Notes under the pieces: model-generated
Database searches by the model: none
Seen by the model: the letters and a program-made list of their open reading frames with translations, nothing else
Told to the model about the DNA's origin: nothing
Made by a program: the position numbers and the translations under genes
Source of the DNA: Sandaracinaceae bacterium
GTDB taxonomy: Bacteria > Myxococcota_A > Polyangia > Polyangiales > JAFGIB01
Reading direction: 5' to 3'
Assembly (NCBI GenBank): GCA_017881055.1
Contig: JADGRF010000225.1
Span: 9,486-73,485 of the forward strand
Length of the DNA stretch: 64,000 nucleotides
Part shown: piece after piece, positions 9,675-17,995 of the stretch
Numbering within the stretch: position 1 is the first letter of the stretch
How the letters are laid out: every line of letters starts with the position of its first letter

Positions 9675-11335
9675 GGCGTACCTCCTTCCAGCGTGCGGGC
9701 CACGACACCCGCGCGTGCCAGCTGCACCTCACGCGCCGGCTGCTCGAGCTGAGCACCGCCTGCGCCGAGACCATCCGACGGGACCCAGGCCTTCTCCAAC
9801 ATGTCGCGGCGATCGGGGTTCCTGTCGCCCGCGATCAGCTTCGCGGTGTACTCGCGGCTGAACGCTTCGACCGACGCATTCATGTCGCGCAACAGGCCGT
9901 TCGGGTAGAGGCCGATGTAGAAGATCAGGAGCACCAGCGGCGCGAGCACCAGGCCCTCGCGACGCGTGAGATCGGAAAGGCCTTCGTTCTCGGGGTTCGT
10001 GAGCGGACCCCAGAACATGCGCAGCACGGCGTGCAGCATGTAGACCGCGGCGAGAATCACGCCGGTCGCCGCGAAGAAGGCGAAGATGGGGCCGTTCTTG
10101 CCCAGGTGCTCGGACATGAACGCGCCCGCAAGGATCATGAACTCACCGACGAAGCCGTTGGTCGCGGGCAAGCCGACCGAGCTCATGGTGACGATCACGA
10201 AGATCGTGGCATACGCCGGCATGACCTTGGCTAGGCCGCCAAACTCACCGAGCTCGCGTGTGTGGCGGCGCTCGTAGATCACGCCGACCAGCAAGAACAG
10301 CGCGCCGGTGGAGATGCCGTGGTTCACCATCTGCAGGATCGCGCCCGAGATGCCGTGCTGGCTGACGCTGTAGATGCCGAGCATCACGAAGCCGAGATGG
10401 CTCACCGAGGAGTAGGCGACCAGCTTCTTCACGTCCTCTTGGCGCCACGCGCAGTACGCACCGTAGATGATGCCGATCACAGCAAGCAGCGCGATGGACG
10501 AGCCCAGGCGATGACTGCCCGAGGGGAACAGCGGCATCGCGAAGCGCAGAAAGCCGTACGTGCCGAGCTTGAGCAGCACGGCCGCGAGGATCACCGAGCC
10601 ACCCGTGGGCGCCTGCACGTGCGCGTCAGGCAACCAGGTGTGCAGCGGGAACATCGGCACCTTGATCGCAAACGCGAGAGCGAAGGCCGCGAACAGCCAG
10701 ACCTGCACGTGCACGGGCAAGAGCAACAGCTTCAGCTCGGCCAGCTCGAAGCTGTAGTGCCCCGTCTGCGCCTTGTACTGCGCGACCAAGTACAGGATCG
10801 CGACCAGCATCAGCACGCTGCCCACCATCGTGAACAGGAAGAACTTCACCGCTGCGTAGATGCGCTGCACGCCGCCCCAGATGCCGATGATCAGCACCAT
10901 CGGTACGAGCATCAGCTCCCAGAACACGTAAAACAGGAACAAGTCGAGCGCGACGAACGCACCGAGCATCGCGCTCTCGAGCAGCAGGAACGAGATCGCG
11001 TACTCCTTCACCTTCGTGCTGACGTTCGTCCACGACGCGTACGTCGCGAGCGGCGTCATGAACGTGGTCAGGAGCACGAGCCAGAGCGAGATGCCGTCGA
11101 CACCGACCGAGTACGTGATGCCGTACGTGGGCACCAACACGTGGCGCTCCGGGAACTGGAACGCCGCTGTCGCGTAGTGGCCGTCGAGCAGCCCGAGCGA
11201 CAGAAAGAACGTACCGAGCATCGAGAGCACGGTGAAGCCGCGGATGAAGCCGACCATCTGGCGCGGTGCAAACAACACGACGAATGCCGAGAGCAGGGGC
11301 AAGCCGCAGAGCAGCGACAAAAGATGCTGACTCAT
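9671..11335 (-). CDS. nuoM: NADH-quinone oxidoreductase subunit M
   Basis: 554 aa ND4/NuoM-like protein (HTWLPDAHVQAPTGGSVILAAVLLKLGTYG, VAYSSVSHLGFVMLG). 4-nt overlap with nuoL. Confidence 0.92.
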   Translation of the reverse strand: MSQHLLSLLCGLPLLSAFVVLFAPRQMVGFIRGFTVLSMLGTFFLSLGLLDGHYATAAFQFPERHVLVPTYGITYSVGVDGISLWLVLLTTFMTPLATYASWTNVSTKVKEYAISFLLLESAMLGAFVALDLFLFYVFWELMLVPMVLIIGIWGGVQRIYAAVKFFLFTMVGSVLMLVAILYLVAQYKAQTGHYSFELAELKLLLLPVHVQVWLFAAFALAFAIKVPMFPLHTWLPDAHVQAPTGGSVILAAVLLKLGTYGFLRFAMPLFPSGSHRLGSSIALLAVIGIIYGAYCAWRQEDVKKLVAYSSVSHLGFVMLGIYSVSQHGISGAILQMVNHGISTGALFLLVGVIYERRHTRELGEFGGLAKVMPAYATIFVIVTMSSVGLPATNGFVGEFMILAGAFMSEHLGKNGPIFAFFAATGVILAAVYMLHAVLRMFWGPLTNPENEGLSDLTRREGLVLAPLVLLIFYIGLYPNGLLRDMNASVEAFSREYTAKLIAGDRNPDRRDMLEKAWVPSDGLGAGGAQLEQPAREVQLARAGVVARTLEGGTP

Positions 11336-13992
11336 GGCGCAACTCCCGGAACACCGGCGACGGCGGCGACAATGCGTGACTCCACCTTGGGCAACACCAG
11401 GTCGAACGACCGTGCACCCTCCTGACCGAACGCATTCCGCACCGACAAACGTGGATGCACGACGCCCGTGACCGACAAGCGTGCGTCGCCGATCGTCGCG
11501 TGCTCACCGAGCGCGAGGTGCATCTTGACGTTGCCCGGCTGCAGCGTGGTGCCGAGCATCACGCGCGCACCGTTCGGTTGGATCAGCACACCGGTCGCGT
11601 CCGCCACGATGCTCGGCAGCGAGTCGTCCTTGGCATCGACCTGCCAGGCGGGGCCGAGGTCGCGCTTGCTCACGTGCAGCCTCTCGCCGGGCTTGAGCTC
11701 CGAGAGCTCGGCGCTCCGGCCGTAGGCCGCGCCCTCGAACACGGCGACCACGCCGCGCTTGAGCTCCGCGTCCGCGTACTGGTGCTGCGCGGCGGCGTCC
11801 TCGCTCCACTCGGTGTCGAACTTGCCGTCGCCGTCGAAGTCCCAGCGGTACGTGTACGCAAGGCCGTGCTCGGCATCGAACTTCACTTTCAAACCCTCTG
11901 GGTCAGCCATGGAAGGCCGCGGATGCGGCGCAACCACGTAGAACGTGAGAGCGAGCGTTCCAGCTGCCATGATCGCGCCGTAGCTGTGAATCAGGCCGTT
12001 CTGAAAGCGGGTCGTGATGAAGCTGCACACCATCACGAGCTGCGACGTGACCTCGGTGATCAGGCCGTCGACCACGTACTTGTCGAAGCCCGCTGCGAAC
12101 CACGCGAGGAAGCGCGAGAAGCCGAGGATCGTCACCTCGTACAGCTCGTCGACGCGCCACTTGTCCATGAGCAGCGAGTGCAGACGCGGGAACGCGGCCT
12201 GCAGCTTCGCGGGGGTCTCGCTGCCTTTGAAGTAGAAGGCGTAGGCGGTGAAGATGCCGACGAAGCACGCGGTGAGACCGAAGCCCATCGCGATGAACGG
12301 CGCCGTGGCACCGTGCTCTTCCTTCAGCTCTGCGAGCGCGGGCGCGAGCCACTTCACCCAGGGCTCGAAGTGCGCGATGCCGACCCAAACGTAGCCCGCC
12401 GCGATTGCGCCGAAGCCGAGGATCGCGAGCGGCACGGTCATCTGCGCGGGCGACTCGTGAGGGTCGTGATGCGCGTGCTCGTCGCCGTGACCATGATCAT
12501 CATGATCGTCGTGATGGGGCCCGCCACGGTACTCGCCGCAGAACGTCAAGAAGTACAAACGGAACATGTAGAACGCCGTCATCGTGGCGCCGAGGAACAG
12601 CATCCCGAAGATCGTGGGACCGAGCCACGGCGCGAACGAGAACAGCTGACCGGTGGAGAGCGCGCCGAGCAGGATCTCGTCCTTCGAGAAGAAGCCCGAG
12701 AAGCCCGGGAAGCCCGCGATCGCGAGGCAGCTGACGAGGAACGTCCAATGCGTCGTCGGCATGTACTTCCGCAGCCCACCCAGCGTCCGAATGTCCGCGT
12801 CGCCGTGCGCACCGACCGCGTGCATCACCGAGCCGGCGCCCAGGAACAAGCAAGCTTTGAAGAACGCGTGCGTGTAGACGTGCATGAAGCCCGCGGCGAA
12901 CGCGCCGCAGCCAACAGCTGCAAACATGAAGCCGAGCTGACTCACCGTGGAGTACGCCAGGATCTTCTTGATGTCGTTTTGCACCAGGCCCACGGTCGCG
13001 CCGAGCAGCGCCGTGACGGCGCCGGTCAGCGCGATCACCGCCATCGTGTGCGGCGCGAGCGCGAACACGGGCGAGAGCCGACAGATCAAGTAGATGCCGG
13101 AGGTGACCATGGTCGCCGCGTGGATCAGCGCGGACACGGGCGTGGGGCCCGCCATCGCGTCGGGCAGCCACACGTACAGCGGCAGCTGCGCGCTCTTGCC
13201 GGTGCAGCCGAGGAACAAGAACAACGTCGCCGCCGTCGCGAACGTGATGCCTGGGAACACCAAGAATGGCGTACCCTTCGGGCCGAGCGCCACCGCCGAG
13301 GTGAGCGCGGGCGCGTGCTCCATCGCGAAGCGATTGATGTCGGCGAACTCGAACGAGCCGCAGACCACCGCGAGCAGGAACATGCCGAGGATCACGCCGA
13401 AGTCACCAATGCGGTTGGCGACGAACGCCTTGCGGCCGGCCTTGGCGTACGCCTCGTTCTCGAACCAAAAGCCAATCAGCAGGTACGAGCAGAGGCCCAC
13501 GCCCTCCCAGCCCACGAACATGAGCGGCAGGCTGGAGCCGAGCACCAGGATCAGCATCGAAGCCGTGAAAAGGTTCAGGTACGCGAAGAAGCGCGCGTAC
13601 GACGGCTCCTCGCTCATGTAGCCGGTGCTGTAGATGTGGATGAGCAGGCCGATGCCCGTGATCACCAGCGTCATCACGCCGCTCAGCTCATCCATCACGA
13701 ACTTCACGGGGATGCTCAGCGTCTGTCCGCCGTTCGACAGCGAGAACCACTCGTACGCGTTGAACGAGAGCACCGCGTGCTCTTCACTGTTCCCGAGAGA
13801 GTGTGCGTGCAGACCGATCAGCTTCTTGAACATCACGAGCGCGATCACGAACGCCATCGCCACCGACGCGACCGCGACGAAGTGCACCGCGCCCCTGCCG
13901 GCCTTTCGGCCGAAGAGGCCGTTGACGAGCGCTCCGACTAGCGGAAAGAGCACGATGGCGAAGAGCCATTTGGAATCGAGGTCGCCGTTCAT
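11332..13992 (-). CDS. nuoL: NADH-quinone oxidoreductase subunit L with His/Asp-rich insert and 197-aa C-terminal extension
   Basis: 886 aa. Has a canonical ND5/NuoL core (WEGVGLCSYLLIGFW, LPDAMAGPTPVSALIHAATMV). An AGGAG Shine-Dalgarno precedes the ATG at 13992. Extra segments are described in the findings. Confidence 0.9.
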   Translation of the reverse strand: MNGDLDSKWLFAIVLFPLVGALVNGLFGRKAGRGAVHFVAVASVAMAFVIALVMFKKLIGLHAHSLGNSEEHAVLSFNAYEWFSLSNGGQTLSIPVKFVMDELSGVMTLVITGIGLLIHIYSTGYMSEEPSYARFFAYLNLFTASMLILVLGSSLPLMFVGWEGVGLCSYLLIGFWFENEAYAKAGRKAFVANRIGDFGVILGMFLLAVVCGSFEFADINRFAMEHAPALTSAVALGPKGTPFLVFPGITFATAATLFLFLGCTGKSAQLPLYVWLPDAMAGPTPVSALIHAATMVTSGIYLICRLSPVFALAPHTMAVIALTGAVTALLGATVGLVQNDIKKILAYSTVSQLGFMFAAVGCGAFAAGFMHVYTHAFFKACLFLGAGSVMHAVGAHGDADIRTLGGLRKYMPTTHWTFLVSCLAIAGFPGFSGFFSKDEILLGALSTGQLFSFAPWLGPTIFGMLFLGATMTAFYMFRLYFLTFCGEYRGGPHHDDHDDHGHGDEHAHHDPHESPAQMTVPLAILGFGAIAAGYVWVGIAHFEPWVKWLAPALAELKEEHGATAPFIAMGFGLTACFVGIFTAYAFYFKGSETPAKLQAAFPRLHSLLMDKWRVDELYEVTILGFSRFLAWFAAGFDKYVVDGLITEVTSQLVMVCSFITTRFQNGLIHSYGAIMAAGTLALTFYVVAPHPRPSMADPEGLKVKFDAEHGLAYTYRWDFDGDGKFDTEWSEDAAAQHQYADAELKRGVVAVFEGAAYGRSAELSELKPGERLHVSKRDLGPAWQVDAKDDSLPSIVADATGVLIQPNGARVMLGTTLQPGNVKMHLALGEHATIGDARLSVTGVVHPRLSVRNAFGQEGARSFDLVLPKVESRIVAAVAGVPGVAP

Positions 13993-14017
13993 GGGACTCC
14001 TACGCGAAACACCGCAG

Positions 14018-14036
14018 GCCGTTTCGCGGGCATGTC
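14018..14036 (-). repeat. diverged copy of the nuo intercistronic motif (GACATGCCCGCGAAACGGC on the mRNA strand) with an 8-bp hairpin at 14003-14028
   Basis: Matches the 19-nt repeat of the nuoJ-nuoK spacer at 16 of 19 positions. Starts directly after the nuoK stop codon. Confidence 0.7.
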
Positions 14037-14038
14037 AT

Positions 14039-14347
14039 TCAGTTCTTCAGGGTATCGGCGCGATCCGAGTGCACCGTTTTGCGCAAGCGGAAGAAGCTCA
14101 GCACGATCGCGAGACCGACTGCAGCTTCGGCGGCCGCCACCGCGATCACGAAGAACGCGAACAGCTGGCCGAGGTGGTTTTGCGGCGCGTAACGGTTGAA
14201 CGCGACGAACGTGAGGTTCACCGAGTTCAGCATCAACTCGATCGACATCAGCTGCACCAGCACGTTGCGGCGCACCAAAAAGCCAATCGCGCCGATTCCG
14301 AAGATCGTCGCGGAGAGCGCCAAGAAATGACCGAGCTCAATCTGCAT
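14039..14347 (-). CDS. nuoK: NADH-quinone oxidoreductase subunit K
   Basis: 102 aa, three TM helices, ND4L/NuoK-like ([29 protein letters not shown]). Confidence 0.9.
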   Translation of the reverse strand: MQIELGHFLALSATIFGIGAIGFLVRRNVLVQLMSIELMLNSVNLTFVAFNRYAPQNHLGQLFAFFVIAVAAAEAAVGLAIVLSFFRLRKTVHSDRADTLKN

Positions 14348-14380
14348 GGCTTATCTACCGTCTACACAAGAAAGCTGAAC

Positions 14381-14435
14381 GCTGTTTTGCGGGTATGTCT
14401 CCGCAAAAAGCCGAAGGCTGTTTTGCGGGTATGTC
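14381..14435 (-). repeat. two perfect 19-nt direct repeats (plus strand gctgttttgcgggtatgtc at 14381-14399 and 14417-14435) forming alternative hairpins in the nuoJ-nuoK spacer
   Basis: Direct reading. The central ccgcaaaa (14401-14408) can pair with ttttgcgg either upstream (14385-14392) or downstream (14421-14428). On the mRNA the hairpin is capped by a C(UUCG)G tetraloop. Confidence 0.85.
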
Positions 14436-14437
14436 AT

Positions 14438-15082
14438 CTAATGCCCACCGTGCGCCGAGACCTCGGCTGCCAGCGCCTTCTCGCGCGCAGTCGTAGCCGC
14501 AAGCGTGTCCGCTTCTGCCGTGCGCTTACGCCGAATGCTTTCCGTCTCCTCGACGGTGCGGCCTCGTGCCACGGCCATCGCACCCACTACCGCTACGGTG
14601 AGCAGCACCGAGATCAGCTCGAACGGGACGAGGTCGTCCATGAACAAGCTCTGCGCGAACGCGCTCACGCCACCGAACTGCTGACACTCGGCGCCTTCGG
14701 TGGCCGTACAGGGAATCAGCTCGGGCGCGTCGCGATGCGCGGGCATCAGCGAGAACGCCAGCATCGCCGTGAACAGCAGCATGATCGCAGCCGACCCCGT
14801 CTTCACCACCATGCCGCGCAGCACGGGCGGCTCGGCCGCTTGCGGACCTATCAGCATGATCACGAAGATGAACAAAACGACGACCGCGCCGGCATACACG
14901 AGCACCTGCAACATCGCGAGCAGATGCGCGTGTAGCAGCAGGAACAAACCCGATAGCGCAACGATGTGCGCGAGCAGGCACATCGCAGCACGGATCGGGC
15001 TGTGCACGAGCACGGTGCCGAGCGCGGCGAGCAGCGCGAACGCAGCGCAGATCAAGAAGAGAACGGAGCCGGCCGTAGTCAT
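14438..15082 (-). CDS. nuoJ: NADH-quinone oxidoreductase subunit J
   Basis: 214 aa ND6/NuoJ-like membrane protein (LQVLVYAGAVVVLFIFVIML). Its ATG overlaps the nuoF stop (ATGA). Confidence 0.85.
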   Translation of the reverse strand: MTTAGSVLFLICAAFALLAALGTVLVHSPIRAAMCLLAHIVALSGLFLLLHAHLLAMLQVLVYAGAVVVLFIFVIMLIGPQAAEPPVLRGMVVKTGSAAIMLLFTAMLAFSLMPAHRDAPELIPCTATEGAECQQFGGVSAFAQSLFMDDLVPFELISVLLTVAVVGAMAVARGRTVEETESIRRKRTAEADTLAATTAREKALAAEVSAHGGH

Positions 15083-16464
15083 GCCGCGCCTCCCGTGAAA
15101 CCAATGCCGCGCACGGTGGCGCCGAGCGTGTGCTTGGGCGCACCGCGCTTGCCAGCCTCGATGAACTCCTCGCGGAACTTCTGCAGCAAGCCCAGCATCG
15201 GCATGGCCGTGCCGTCGGCGAACGCGCAGATCGTGTTGCCCATCATGTTGTTCGCGATCTCGACGAGCATGGCTGCGTCGTTCTCGCTACCCCGCCCCTC
15301 GCACAGGTTGCGCAGCACGTCGTGGAGCCAGCCGGTGCCTTCGCGGCACGGCGTGCACTGGCCGCACGACTCGTGCGAGTAGAAGTGCATCAGGTTACGC
15401 GCGACATCGACCATGTTGACCGAGTCGTCCATGACGATCGCGCAGCACGTGCCCAGCATCGTGCCGAGCGCGCGAAACGTATCGACGCCCATCGGCACGT
15501 CGATGTGACTCTTGCCGTGCCATGGGTGAAGCGGATGCTTCTCGTCCGGCGCGTGCACGAGATCGCCCGGCCGCAGCACGGGCGTCGACGAGCCACCGGG
15601 GATCACCGCCTTCAGCGGTCGAGCCGCGTACAGCATGCCGCCGCCGAGATCGTAGATCAGCTCGCGCAGCGTGAGCCCGACCGGCGCTTCGTACACGCCG
15701 GGCGTCTTCACGTGACCACTCACGCCGTACAGGCGCGTGCCGCCATCGCGAGGCAAGCGGCTCTGATCCGACCAGGCCTTGCCGCCCATGCGAATGATGT
15801 CGGGCACCGACGCGATCGTCTCGACGTTGTTGACGATCGTGGGCGCGCCGAATGCACCCTTCACGGCCGGGAACGGCGGCTTGAGCCGCGGCTCGCCGCG
15901 CATGCCCTCGAGCGAGTTCAGCAGCGACGTCTCTTCGCCGCAGATGTACGCGCCGGCGCCCATGTGCACGTAGATCTTCAGCTCGTGGTTCACGCCGAAC
16001 GGCTGCTTGCCGATGTAGCCCCGGCTGCGCGCCTCTTCGATCGCCGCTTCGAGCCGCTTGATCGACGTGACCAGCTCGCCGCGCACGTAGATGTAACAAA
16101 CGTTCGCGCCAATCGCGCGCATCGCGATCAAGCAGCCTTCGATCAGCCGGTGCGGATCGAGCTCCATGATCGTGCGATCTTTGAACGTACCCGGCTCGCC
16201 CTCGTCGGCGTTGATCACGAGGTACGGCGCGACCTTGCTGTCTTTGGGCAGGAAGCTCCACTTCACGCCCGCGGGAAAGCCTGCGCCGCCACGACCGCGA
16301 ATGTTCGCGTCTTTGACCTCGGCCGCGATCTGCTCGGGCTTCATGGTCGTGAACGCCTGACGCGCCGCGGAGTACGCACCGTGGGCCTCGACGGTCTTCA
16401 GCGTCCAGCTCTGCGGCAACGCGTAACGGTTCGAGAGCACTTTCGGAAAGTCCGCCATCCTCAA
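15079..16464 (-). CDS. nuoF: NADH-quinone oxidoreductase subunit F
   Basis: 461 aa. Has the NADH/FMN motif GRGGAGFPAGVKW and the 4Fe-4S motif ESCGQCTPCREG. Confidence 0.95.
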   Translation of the reverse strand: MRMADFPKVLSNRYALPQSWTLKTVEAHGAYSAARQAFTTMKPEQIAAEVKDANIRGRGGAGFPAGVKWSFLPKDSKVAPYLVINADEGEPGTFKDRTIMELDPHRLIEGCLIAMRAIGANVCYIYVRGELVTSIKRLEAAIEEARSRGYIGKQPFGVNHELKIYVHMGAGAYICGEETSLLNSLEGMRGEPRLKPPFPAVKGAFGAPTIVNNVETIASVPDIIRMGGKAWSDQSRLPRDGGTRLYGVSGHVKTPGVYEAPVGLTLRELIYDLGGGMLYAARPLKAVIPGGSSTPVLRPGDLVHAPDEKHPLHPWHGKSHIDVPMGVDTFRALGTMLGTCCAIVMDDSVNMVDVARNLMHFYSHESCGQCTPCREGTGWLHDVLRNLCEGRGSENDAAMLVEIANNMMGNTICAFADGTAMPMLGLLQKFREEFIEAGKRGAPKHTLGATVRGIGFTGGAA

Positions 16465-17039
16465 CCCTCTCCGAGGCCCATCAAGGTCTTCGCGCGAACG
16501 CGCGCTTCAGGCGTACCGGGCTGCGGTGTGCCACTCGGGCTCTTGACGCCGGTCTTCGCCGCAAGCTCATCGATGACGCGATCGAGCGAAGCCAGCGTGA
16601 GGTTCTCGTAGAACTCGTCATTCACTTGGATCATCGGGGCCTGACCGCAGGCCGCCAGACACTCCGCGGTCTTCAGCGTGAACTTGCCATCCTTGCTCGT
16701 GCCGCCGACGTGGCAACCGAAGCGCTCTTCGAGATGCTTCTGCACCTCACGCCCACCGCGCAGATCGCAGGACAGCGTGCGGCACACCCAAACCACGTTC
16801 GGGGCGACCGGCTCTTGGTGGTACATCGTATAGAAGGTGACGATGCCCTGGACTTCGCTCGTCGGTAGATCGAGTCGCTTGGCGACGTAGTCGATCACCT
16901 CCGGGCTGATCCAGCCTTGCTCGCGCTGGCACAAATGCAGAACGGGCAAGCAAGACGCGCGCTTCGTGGGATAGCGCGTGAGAAGCTCGTCGACGATTTT
17001 TTCGGATTCGGCGGACAGCGTGAACGTCATGAAGGACAT
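16461..17039 (-). CDS. nuoE: NADH-quinone oxidoreductase subunit E
   Basis: 192 aa thioredoxin-like 2Fe-2S subunit (VCRTLSCDLRGG, CLAACGQAPMIQVND) with a short Pro/Gly-rich tail. Overlaps the nuoF start. Confidence 0.9.
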   Translation of the reverse strand: MSFMTFTLSAESEKIVDELLTRYPTKRASCLPVLHLCQREQGWISPEVIDYVAKRLDLPTSEVQGIVTFYTMYHQEPVAPNVVWVCRTLSCDLRGGREVQKHLEERFGCHVGGTSKDGKFTLKTAECLAACGQAPMIQVNDEFYENLTLASLDRVIDELAAKTGVKSPSGTPQPGTPEARVRAKTLMGLGEG

Positions 17040-17053
17040 ACCCGCAAAAAGCC
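17035..17053 (+). repeat. inverted copy of the nuo intercistronic motif, overlapping the nuoE start codon; adjacent hairpin at 17043-17068
   Basis: Plus strand gacatacccgcaaaaagcc. The first 15 nt are identical to the mRNA-strand motif of the nuoJ-nuoK spacer. The CAT at 17037-17039 is the complement of the nuoE ATG. Confidence 0.8.
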
Positions 17054-17334
17054 CTTCGGCTTTTCGCGTAGGGGCCGGCGTGCGGCGGGAACGCTAGGCG
17101 TGGCCAACGTCCATGTCAAGAACGACCGGTCACTCGAAAGCGCTTGAAACGATCCGGCTTTTTCGGCGCTCGTGGGCCACGAAGCGCTGCACGCTGCACA
17201 CGTGCGGAGGTCGCTCACGGACTCCCCCGCGGGGCCACTCCCCCCTTCCCTCCGTGATCGGGACACGCTACGATTTTTGTAGAAATTCTTGGCGCGTCAG
17301 CGCTGGTCTCGAGTCCGCGGAACAAGCTCTGCCT

Positions 17335-17988
17335 ATGGCCTTTTGTCCGGAATGTGGGAAGCCAGCGACCGCGGGCGCCAGCAAGTGTGTGCACTGCGGC
17401 ACCGAGCTGACCGCTCCCAAAGAGAAGGTCGCCGGTGGCGGTCGCTTCAAGGGCACGATGATGATGCAGAGCGCGCCCGGGGTCGCGACGCCAGCAGCGG
17501 CTGCGGCGCCCGCCGCGCCAGCGGTTGCAGCTCCCGCGGTCAGCGTCACACCCGTGCCGGCCGCACCCGCCGCGAGCACCGTGCCGAAACCGAGTTTGAA
17601 GGGCACCATGGTCGCCGGCATCGCGCCACCCGTGGCTCCCTCGGTGGCCGCAGTGCCGCCGTCAGCTGCAGCGCCCGCGCCCGCGCCGGAAGCAACGCGC
17701 CAGAAGCTGGCGTTCGCCGCAACGCAGCCCCAACAAGCTGCGTACCAGCTGCCGCAGACGCCGGCGCATGCCGAGCCCGAAGCCAAGAAGTTCCTGCCGG
17801 GCGATCCGATGGCTCAGGGCCAGTCCGCCCCACGCGCCTCGATGACCCATCGCGGGAGCGACCCGAACACGGCCGAAGGCAACAAGACCTGGCTCTACGT
17901 GGGCCTCGGTTGCCTCGGCATGGTCGTGATCGGCGGCATCGGCGTGCTGATCGCCCTGCGCCTGGGCCTCGCGCACTTCGGCAAGTGA
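17335..17988 (+). CDS. zinc-ribbon protein with Ala/Pro-rich linker and C-terminal TM anchor
   Basis: Start taken at MAFCPECGKPATAGASKCVHCG (CxxC...CxxC). Low-complexity AP-rich middle. Terminal TM helix WLYVGLGCLGMVVIGGIGVLIAL. Confidence 0.6.
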   Translation: MAFCPECGKPATAGASKCVHCGTELTAPKEKVAGGGRFKGTMMMQSAPGVATPAAAAAPAAPAVAAPAVSVTPVPAAPAASTVPKPSLKGTMVAGIAPPVAPSVAAVPPSAAAPAPAPEATRQKLAFAATQPQQAAYQLPQTPAHAEPEAKKFLPGDPMAQGQSAPRASMTHRGSDPNTAEGNKTWLYVGLGCLGMVVIGGIGVLIALRLGLAHFGK

Positions 17989-17995
17989 AGCGCGG

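Noticed and set aside
11455-13941. 828-aa plus-strand ORF
   Set aside because: It is the antisense shadow of nuoL. Its Arg/Glu/His-rich nonsense has no recognisable motifs.
14381-14435. Possible CRISPR-like array (19-nt repeat with 36-nt period)
   Set aside because: There are only two copies, located inside an operon spacer, with no cas genes. The intervening sequence is the complementary arm of a hairpin.
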